Assembly: GCF_000372725.1 (NCBI RefSeq)
Contig: NW_005201984.1
Location: 357,162-377,161, forward strand
Origin: Emiliania huxleyi CCMP1516
Taxonomy: Eukaryota
DNA length: 20,000 nucleotides
Reading direction: 5' to 3'
Part shown: positions 10,107 to 18,226 of the stretch, piece after piece
Layout: the number at the start of each line of letters is the position of its first letter
Numbering within the stretch: the stretch's first letter is position 1
Notes under the pieces: model-generated
What the model was told of the DNA's origin: nothing
The model's database searches: none
Seen by the model: the letters and a program-made list of their open reading frames with translations, nothing else
Program-made: the position numbers and the translations under genes

Positions 10107-11206
10107 TCACAGCAGCTGATCGTACCCGTACCCACCGGCCGGCTTCGCCCCGGCCAGGCCGGCCGGCTTGCCCGCCGCCGTGCCGCCCTGCTGGTCGGGC
10201 GGCGGCCCGTTCCGCCGGTGCAACTTCTGCCACACCTCTCGCTGCGTGAGCCCTCCGCCGACGGCGAGCAGCAGGAAGAGCGTCATCGGGCTGCGCAGGT
10301 ACGGGTCGTGGATGAAGTCGGCAAAGAAGGAGTAGGGGTGGCCGGCGAGGGTCGCAAAGTTGGGCTCGTACCTGCGCGTGCGCGGCGGCGGAGGTCCAAG
10401 TGGAGGCGGAGGGCGGAGGGCCGGGAGGAGGGGCGGAGGGCGGTGGTGGGCGCGCCTGAGGAAGGCCTGGTAGCGCGGCTCCTCGTTGACGAGGAAGAGC
10501 TCGACGTAGCTCCGCGTCGCCACCCACGAGCCGACGACGGCCGACACGTACAGCCAGAAGGTGTCCCCGACCATCAGCATCACGACCGCCCCGACCACCG
10601 CCAGCAGCATCCGGATGGTGCGCTGCACCTCGGCCCCCGCGGGCGAGGACTGCATCTCGAGCAGCCCGTACGCGGAGTTCCCGGCGACCTCCCCGAAGAG
10701 GAGCCCCAGCGCGACGTGCAGCCCCTTCCGGAAGGCGAGCATCCCCACGCCGACCAGCAGCCCCGCGAGCAGCGTCGTCGACTCGAGCGTCTCGCAGCTC
10801 ATCCGCGAGTCTGCGGCGCGCGGCAGGAAGATGTCGTCGAGGAGCAGCGCGCCGCCGATGCCGATCAGCGCACCCAGCAAGAAGGACATCGGCCGGGTCA
10901 GGTGGACGCCCAAGAAGGTGAGCAGGAGAGCGCCAAACATCACGGCCTGCGGGCGGCGGCGCGCGGGCTGAGGGAGCGGCCAGACGGGACCGCCCGCCTG
11001 CGGGCGGCACGCACAGACTCTGCACACAGCGCGGCGACGCCGTGCTCCGGCCGCAGCACCTCGTAGACTGCGCCGAGCAGCTCGTGTGGCTCGTAGTCGC
11101 TAAAGCCGAGCCGCGTCGCGACGCAGTCGTAGTAGCTGTCCCAGACGCCCGATTCGCCGAGCTGGGACGCCGCCGCGCGCAGGTCCTCCACCACGGGACT
11201 CGTCAT
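10107..11206 (-). CDS. Multi-pass membrane protein, DUF4203/TMEM198-like. Exons ~11206-11060, 10946-10456, 10371-10107
   Basis: Several Gly-rich hydrophobic helices (LLTFLGVHLTRPMSFLLGALIG, LLAGLLVGVGML, VALGLLFG, LYVSAVVGSW). GT-AG intron 11059-10947 (an alternative in-frame acceptor exists near 10998) and GC-AG intron 10455-10372 preserve frame. Family call is from remembered pattern. Confidence 0.7.
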
Positions 11207-11401
11207 GCTCTGGGCAAGCCCAGCGGGGCGGGAGAGGCCAATGCACAAGGTGCCGGATGCATGAGAAGAAAAAACACACCCCGTGAATAAAAAGAATCCA
11301 GGCCGCGCGGACGGTCGCGACGGCAGCGAGGTGCCCGAGCACTCAAACCAGCGCAACTGACCGTCTGCGTCTGCGTCTGCGTCGGCGGGCCAAGCCGCTC
11401 C
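11207..11401. promoter_or_regulatory. Probable compact bidirectional promoter
   Basis: Only 195 bp separate the divergent ATGs at 11206 (-) and 11402 (+). A-rich core at 11262-11297 and (CGTCTG)3 at 11362-11379. Confidence 0.5.
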
Positions 11402-12247
11402 ATGAACTTCTTCAGCAGCGGGCCCAACCTCGAGAAGCAGGTCTTCGACCTGAAGCTCACCAGCAAGCAGTTTGACCGCATGTCTGCAAAGAGCACGAAG
11501 CAGGAGAAGGCGGAGCTGCTCAAGGCGCGACCGAGCTGGCGCGCCTGCGCTCTCCCACACGCTGACCGGAGAGAGCCGCCTGATCGCAGGTGAAGAAGGA
11601 GATGGAGAAGGGCAACATGGACGTGGCTAGGATCCACGCACAGGTGCGGACCCGCGCTGCCACCAGACCCGGCACCGCCGCGCCACGCGCTTCACCCGGC
11701 CCCGCTGTGTCAGAACGCGATCCGCATCCGCAACACCGCGACCAACTACCTGAAGCTCGCCAGCCGCATGGACGCGGTCGCCGCGCGGATTGACCAGGCG
11801 ATACAAATGAAGGCTGTCACCAAGCAGATGGGAGGCGTGGTCAAGGGGATGGACAAGGCGGCGCGGCCGCCCGCTCCCCTCCGCCCCGCGCCCGGCGGTC
11901 GACCGCGCGCCGCCGCCCTCCCTCTCTCCCCTCGCGCCTCGCAGGCGCTCAAGTCGATGGACATGGAGCAGATAGGGAAGGTGATGGAGCAGTTTGAGAG
12001 CTCGTTTGAGAACCTCGACCTCGCGTCGGCCACGGTGGAGAACGCGCTGGGGGGGGCCACCGCCGCCTCGATGCCCGAGGCCGAGGTCGACGAGCTGCTC
12101 GACGCCGTCAGTGCCGAGCACGGCCTCGAGATTGCAAACAAGGCGGCGGCGGTGGGCAAGGGGGCGGTGCAGATGGGGGCGGCGGCGGACGAGCACGATG
12201 ACGCGCTCGAGAAGCGGCTCCAAGCGCTGCGCGAAGGCGCGATGTGA
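11402..12247 (+). CDS. CHMP1: ESCRT-III subunit CHMP1/Did2/Vps46. Exons 11402-11524, 11590-11643, 11714-11857, 11945-12247
   Basis: Spliced protein reads LEKQVFDLKLTSKQFDRMSAK..., GNMDVARIHAQNAIR..., LKLASRMDAVAARIDQA, VVKGMDKALKSMDMEQI, with a C-terminal MIM1-like DALEKRLQALR. Introns GC-AG, GT-AG, GC-AG, all phase 0. Confidence 0.93.
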
Positions 12248-12595
12248 GGGCGCTGCCTTGGACGAGTTGGGGTGTACGGGTCTCGTGCTGTGTCTTGTTG
12301 TCAGTGAGAGAGAGCCGCGGGCGGCGGCGGCCCGCGGCGGTCGCACACGCGCTCGCGGCGCGGGTGCCGGCGACGCACACGGCGTGCGCGGCGAGGCGGG
12401 GAGGGCCCTCCGTGGGACAAGGGGCAAGGAGCGCCATGGTACATTACGCCTCGAGTTCATGTGAGTTCAAGTTGCTCATCACATCACTCGTGACACGGCC
12501 AGAAACACGCGCGGCCAGAAGCATATACGAACACATAGACAACACATGTGCATCGGTTGAGAGGGACGAGCACCGGGTCGTGCTTCGCACTTGAC

Positions 12596-12995
12596 TTAAG
12601 AATCGCTGCGCTGGGGACGGAAGATGCGCCCGTCCTCGTGCAGGTAGCGGCCGTCCGGAAGCACCTACTCATAGGCTGACGAGTGACGTCACGGCTGTGT
12701 CAGTGATGTTCACAATCGTGCGGCGCCGGCTCACCCTGATCACTCCCGGCGGCAACTGCGGTTCACTGCTCACGGGGACGTTCGAGAAATCCCCTCGCAG
12801 ATACAGGTAGCCAAAGTAGACCGAGAAGAAGGCCCATATGCCAGCAGGGATGAGCCAGTGCTGGCCCTTCTTTACGTCAAGAAGGAGTTCCGGATTGGTG
12901 AGCTTGAAGAGCAGCGTCGCGTCAGGCCGAGGCGGAGGTGGCGGGACCGGCTTTCCAGAGAGGCGCCGGCGTGCTCGCCAGAGTACAGCGCGCAT
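12596..12995 (-). CDS. Small single-pass membrane protein, SMIM8/DUF4500-like, probably mitochondrial. Exons 12995-12735, 12664-12596
   Basis: TLLFKLTNPELLL...WAFFSVYFGYLY resembles the SMIM8 motif TLFRAVNPELFI...YIGYL. Arg-rich N-terminus MRAVLWRARRRLS. GTGAG..TAG intron 12734-12665 gives C-terminus RVLPDGRYLHEDGRIFRPQRSDS*. Confidence 0.7.
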
Positions 12996-13541
12996 GTGAG
13001 GCAAACAGGCGTCCCCGGTGTGAAACAAAGAAAGATTTTCTTGCTGCCACCTTGAGGTCCTCGCCTTAAAATCTTGGTGGCGGCGTCCCGTCCTCCCATC
13101 CCTCCCTTGCCTTCTCTGGTTTCTGACTTTGACTTTGTTTAAATAAGTTTTGGGGTTTTGTCTTCATACTTCAAACTTCACTATGACTCGATCAAAAAAA
13201 AACAATCAACCTCTCTCTCACTATCTTTTAACACTTATTACAACGCAACGTACGACGTGTTGCGTGCTCAAAACAGCAACCCGACTAGACGCTCTCCCGA
13301 GAGACACACGCATGATCCTCGTACACCTGTCGTACACCTGTCGTACACGATCCAGAGGGTGGCGCGACGTCTGCTGCCCAGATGCTCTCGTAGTACACAC
13401 CCCCTGTGCTGGCATGGCAATCGCAGCATGCGACATGGATTGTGACTCGGCACGGCCTTACCTCTCCGGTATTTGTGGACGTTGACGGTCATGAGGACAC
13501 AGCGAGAGAAATGCGTCAGACGAATCTATCTACCCTCGCAG

Positions 13542-15567
13542 GTTTGTCCGCCTGAAGTCTGAGCACGACGACATTTACGCGGACCCGGACCAGTGCATGA
13601 CCGTGACAACGGGTGCGACGGGCTCGGCCCTTTTCTGCTTTGACCACCAGCCGCCGGCACCCCCACCGCCTATGCCCCCGTCGATCCCGCCGCCCTCGCC
13701 GCCTTTGCCACCGCCACCCGGTCCACCGCCACCGCCGCCGCCACCACCACCACCGCCCCCAGGGCCACCACCGCCCTTGGCGCCGCCGCCGCCACCGCCA
13801 CCGCCGCCCCCAGGGCCACTTTTGCCGCCACCCTCGCCACCCTTCCCAATGCCGCCACCGCCACCCTCGCCACCGCCGCCTTCGGCGCCACCACCACCAC
13901 CGCCACCGCCGCCCCCAAGTCCACTCTCGCCGCCCCCGGGGCCATTGTCACCGCCACCCACGCCGCCACCACCGCCGCCGCCACCGCCGCCAACACCCCC
14001 GCCGCCCTCGGCGCCGCCGCCACCACCCCCACCGCCGCCCCCGGGCCCATTCTTGCCGCCTCCCTCGCCACCGCCCCCAATGATCGAGGGCTACATCTTC
14101 GAGGACAAAGACATCAACCAGCAGTTCACGGAAGACCTCGACGAGTACCTCGAAGGCGTGACCGTCTTCATCACCAACGGAGACGTCACGTACACCGTCG
14201 TCACTGACGCGAACGGCTTCTACAGCCAGGAGTTGCCGTCGGCGGGCGAATGGACTGTGGTCATCGACGAACGGTCCTTCGCTCTGCTGAACAAGCCGTC
14301 GCTAAGGCAGACCGTCGGCACCGGGTCCACAATCGTCGATGTGCCACCCGGCGGGGTGGGGTATGACGTAGACGGCTTCACGCAGCCCTCGTCTTTGAGC
14401 GGCACGATCTTCATGGACGCGGGCGTCACTGGCGCCTTCGATCCCAAGATCGACGACGAGGGCCTCGAAGGCGTGACCGTCATCATCACCAACGACGACG
14501 GTGACAGGTACGAGGTCTTCACAGACGCCGACGGCAGCTACGCTCAGGAGCTCCTTCCCGGCGAGTGGACAGTCACCATTGACACGTCCACGCTGCCGCC
14601 CGGGCTCGCGCAGACGATAGACGACAGTCCCACGGTTGTATCTGTGCCATATGGGGGCGTGGGCAGAGACCTGGACGGCTTCGTCAACTTCTCGCCGCCT
14701 CCGTCTCCGCCACTGCCCTCGCCGCCACCACCCCCCTCGCCACCGCCACCCTCGACTCCGCCGCCGCCGCCACCGCCACCGCCCCCGGGGCCGTTGTCGC
14801 CGCCCCCGGGGCCACTGCCGCCACCGCTGCCTACACCCCCGCCGCCGTCGCCGCCGCCACCACCGCCGCCCTCGCCACCGCCACCCTCGACTCCGCCGCC
14901 GCCGCCGCCGCCACCGCCCCCGGGGCCGTTGTCGCCGCCCCCGGGGCCACTGCCGCCACCGCTGCCTACACCCCCGCCGCCGTCGCCGCCGCCACCACCG
15001 CCGCCCTCGCCACCGCCACCCTCGACTCCGCCGCCGCCGCCGCCGCCGCCGCCCCCGGGGCCGTTGTCGCCGCCCCCGGGGCCACTGCCGCCACCGCCGC
15101 CTACACCCCCGCCGCCGTCGGCGCCGCCACCACCGCCGCCCTCGCCACCGCCACCCTCGTCGCCGCCGCCGGAAAAGTACTGCCGTTGCGATTCCGGGGA
15201 GTACACGATTGGGGAGGACTTTCTGGGCTCGGCAACGCAGTGCCTCCCAGAGGGAACGCCAGCCTTCATGAGTGACACGGAGTCGCTGGATTTCATGGAG
15301 GCTCTCGTCAAGGAGAGTTCCACGGCCGAGATGGGCTCGCTGCGCTCCTCCTCCGCTAAAGGTTTCGGCTACTTCCACGTTGTTGGGGGCGCGATCCTCG
15401 TCTCGGTCGGCTTTCTGGCTGGGCGCGCGATGGCGCAGGCCACCGCCTCAGGTGTGCACCACCCACGCGCGCCCTGCATAGCGGAAGCCCGCGGTCACAC
15501 TTGCCCATTCGACGCAGCGCTGACGCGCATGATTGGAGCAGGTACGAGGTCGTCGGGCATGCTGTGA
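13542..15567 (+). CDS. Proline-rich (extensin-like) membrane-anchored protein with two SdrD-B/Cna-B-like repeats; 5' end unresolved
   Basis: 656-codon ORF from 13597 that stays open upstream to a CAG acceptor at 13539-13541. Two Pro/Ser tracts flank two ~100-aa acidic repeats (GxIFxD...EGVTV.IT...TDA(N/D)G.Y.QEL..GEWTV.ID) at ~14080-14691. Then a Cys-containing segment and a hydrophobic helix (FHVVGGAILVSVGFLAG). Possible in-frame intron 15452-15541; AATAAA at 15615-15620. Confidence 0.75.
14733..15160 (+). repeat. Coding tandem repeat, 135-bp (45-aa) unit, ~3 copies
   Basis: Anchor CCGTTGTCGCCGCCCCCGGGGCCACTG recurs at 14791, 14926 and 15061. Confidence 0.9.
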
Positions 15568-15626
15568 ACACCTGAGTCGTGGGGGAAGCCAGCCCGATGG
15601 CCCCTGCCGCTGAGAATAAATACAAA

Positions 15627-15932
15627 TGTCCGGGAGGCGGGCTCAGGAACTCGTGAGAGGTGCGCGCCGGCGGCGGCGGCGGCGCAACCATACAGTCTGA
15701 GTGGTGATCGTGCAAGGTGTCACACTGAGCGATAGCGGCCACACCGGCGTGCGAAGCAGAGGAGGAGCGCGGTGGTGGTGAGCATCGCCGTGAGATGACA
15801 TGTAGAGAAGCCACGAAGGCACAGACAATCAAACAGGACACAAAAACGAGACAAAGAATGCGATAGTGTGTGCGGCCGCTACCAATAAAAGAATTGCGCG
15901 CCGGGGTGCATGGGTGCATATGCCCGGGAACA
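15627..15932 (-). repeat. Putative 3' LTR (306 bp) of the copia element
   Basis: On the minus strand a polypurine tract AGGAGGGGC (15941-15933) is directly followed by TGTTCCCGGG. An imperfect inverted end CCCGGACA terminates at 15627 (TG...CA rule). No second LTR is present to confirm the boundary. Confidence 0.65.
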
Positions 15933-16492
15933 GCCCCTCCTGGCCCGATGCGCGCGCGAAGCCATGCAAAGGCGTCGAGCTGCTTGATCAGCTCGACAAA
16001 GACGGCGCGTGCAGCCGCCTTGGTGAGGATGTCGGCGAGCATCACGGCTCCGGGTAGAGGTGTTCAACGGAGATCACCTCGCGTGCGACGAGATCACGGA
16101 GGAACTCGGCAGCGCGCAGGATGTGCTTGGTCTTCTTGAATGCGACGGGGTCGAAGGCCATGCCGACGGCGGACTTGGAGTCGCACTTGATGACGCTGGG
16201 GGCGTCGCGACAGGGATGCCGAGGTCGATGAGCAGCTCCGCGCGAATGAAGATAACCTCCTTTGGCAGCAAGCATAGCGCCAAAGAACTCGGCCTCGGCG
16301 CTGGAAAGGGTGGCGGAGCGCTGCATCTTTGAGAGCCAGTGAAAGAGGCACCTGTGGTAGAAGAACATCCCGCCAGAGCACGAAAACTTGGTGGCCCAGC
16401 TCGAGTCGACAAAGCTCTCGAGGCCACGGACGGGATTAGGGCGCATGATAAAAGCGCGGCCAGCGGTGTTGCGCAAGTAGACGAGGACGCGA

Positions 16493-17000
16493 TTTGTGTG
16501 TGTAATACGTCTACAAGTTGCTATGACTGCAGTCTTCGACCATCTGAGCCACCCCCCCCCCTTCCTCCCTGCCCCGCCCCCGCCTTTCCTCTTCTCCCCT
16601 TCCGGCCCAGCTCCACTCATCCATCTCTCGCCATCTCCTGCAGGTGCAGGGGAGATACGAAACGAAAATTGATGGGCTTGCCCATCCCGGAGTGGTTCGA
16701 CCCCACATAAATCCGAGACGGTGACGGGATGCTGTCGTGTGGTGGTCTCAGGCCCAGTGAGGTAGTGCATCTGACTATCCCGGATCCTGCTGAACAAGCT
16801 CCTCTTGTAGCTCGATCGGTCACACCGCCATCGCCGTCGGGGAGAGGGGGGACGACACTGCTTCTGCAGCGTGCACCTCGATCCTGTACCGTGTTTGTTA
16901 TGGCCCCCCCAAATGAACACACCAGTGAGGGTGGGCGAGACGATCGAGGGGTCCCGTACCATGCGGAATCGACCCTATCAAGTGCTCATACAAGTGCTCA
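16493..17000 (-). mobile_element. ~508-bp insertion in the copia RT/RNase H region; probable non-LTR retroposon (truncated LINE end or SINE)
   Basis: Flanked by direct repeat AGGACGCGA at 16484-16492 and 17001-17009 (13 bp with one mismatch if extended). Removing it restores AAIRVLVYLRNT. Minus-strand 3' end is ...TATTACACACACAAA; no TIRs seen. Confidence 0.75.
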
Positions 17001-17594
17001 AGGACGCGAATTGCAGCCTTAAAGTGCGACGGGCCGGGGTTGGTCATGAAGCGGGCGAGCTGCGAGGCGGAGTAGGCGATGTCGACGCGCGTCATATTCG
17101 CAAGCTAAAGAAGCCGCCGACGATGGCCATGTACGCATCGCGAAACTTGGACATCTCGTCGACGTCGTACTCGACGGAGCCGAGAACGGGCTGATCGGCG
17201 GGAGAGAGCTCGAGGCCTTCCTCACGTCAATCGGCGAGTCGCGAAGAGACGAGAGCGCGAGCGATCGAAGTACGACTCGAACTTTGCGACGAGGTCGGCG
17301 GTGTAGAGGTCCTGAGACAAGGTCAGAGAACGAGCAGCGCGGTTGCGAGTGATGGCGGTGTTGAGCGGAGGATCCACTCGAGCTCGCCCTTGTCCTCGGT
17401 AGGAGAGCGTCGCGAGATGTCGGCAACAAAGCGCGCACGTAAGTTGGGGCAGTTGTCGGCGAGGAGTGTCGTCGACATAGACGAGAGCCCACAAGACGGT
17501 GCCGTCCTTCTCGTAGGTGTAGAGGCAGACGTCGATGGTCGAGCGCACAAAGCCCCACGACACGAGGAAGGAAGAGAGGAGCTGAGCCCATTCG

Positions 17595-18019
17595 TAGGGT
17601 TGTCAAACGTTAAGAGCTGAACAGTGTTGCTAGTGTTAACAGTAACAACAGAACAACAGCAGTGGGGCTCCCCAACAACAGTGTAGCTTACGTTAGGCGA
17701 AATTATTAGGCCGACTGAACAACAGTAAGGAAGGCCTGGCAGTGACCCACGACGATCTCCAGCGTCCAGTGCGGGTAATACCCGAAAATACCCGGAAAAT
17801 CCCAGGTATTTTCGGGTTTTACCCCTTACCCGGGTTTTTTGCCATTTTCTGCTTGCTGGCCGCTGAAGCCTGAACAAACAGAGATCAGAGTATCGAAAGC
17901 GTAATACAACAGTAACAAACAGTAACAGCATGGGCTGGGATGAACACTTGAACAACGTTGAGGATTTCAGCCAACAATAGCGCAACTGTTAGGCCCCAAA
18001 TTAACGTTTGACAACCCTA
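17595..18019. mobile_element. 425-bp non-autonomous hAT-type MITE
   Basis: Perfect 19-bp TIRs TAGGGTTGTCAAACGTTAA (17595-17613) and TTAACGTTTGACAACCCTA (18001-18019). 8-bp TSD CCCATTCG at 17587-17594 and 18020-18027. Interior is AT-richer than the flanks. Excision restores the copia REWAQLL frame. Confidence 0.93.
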
Positions 18020-18226
18020 CCCATTCGCGACAGGTACGTATATGATATAAGGCCATACCAAGGTACACCGTACTGCGTTACTCACGCCGAGTTCGCCGAC
18101 GCGCGCGCACGCAAGGCGCGGTGACTTCGTCGTCATGCCTCTCAGGCGCTGAGCGCGCTCTCTGACAGCACGACGTCGTCGTGCTCTCTGTGATCCCACA
18201 CGTACATGCTGCATCTGCTCAGAGAC

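Larger units (their letters stand above)
15627..18031 (-). mobile_element. 5'-truncated, frameshifted Ty1/copia LTR retrotransposon remnant (RT-RNase H + PPT + 3' LTR)
   Basis: Minus-strand copia motifs: REWAQLLSSFLVSWGFVRSTIDVCLY, LVYVDD (YVDD at 17479-17468), LSQDLY, TRVDIAYSASQLARFMTNP, FVDSSWA, SSAEAEF, CDSKSA, KTKHI, MLADILTK. Multiple frameshifts; no gag, protease, integrase or 5' LTR seen. Confidence 0.92.

Noticed and set aside
10008..11066. 352-aa plus-strand ORF
   Set aside because: Antisense to the membrane protein gene.
13575..15378. Gly-rich and Arg/Trp-rich minus-strand ORFs and Arg/His-rich plus-strand ORFs
   Set aside because: Alternative frames of the (CCG/CCA)n poly-Pro tracts.
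16520..16561. tRNA-Cys-like string GGGGGTGGCTCAGATGGTCGAAGACTGCAGTC on the minus strand
   Set aside because: Has an A-box-like part but no T arm or acceptor stem downstream, so it cannot form a cloverleaf; at most a degenerate fragment.
18032..18065. Minus-strand PWYGL as continuation of the copia 'YGLKQ' motif
   Set aside because: Wrong spacing and frame relative to REW, no KQ, and no further RT similarity upstream; likely chance within the APC1 3' region.
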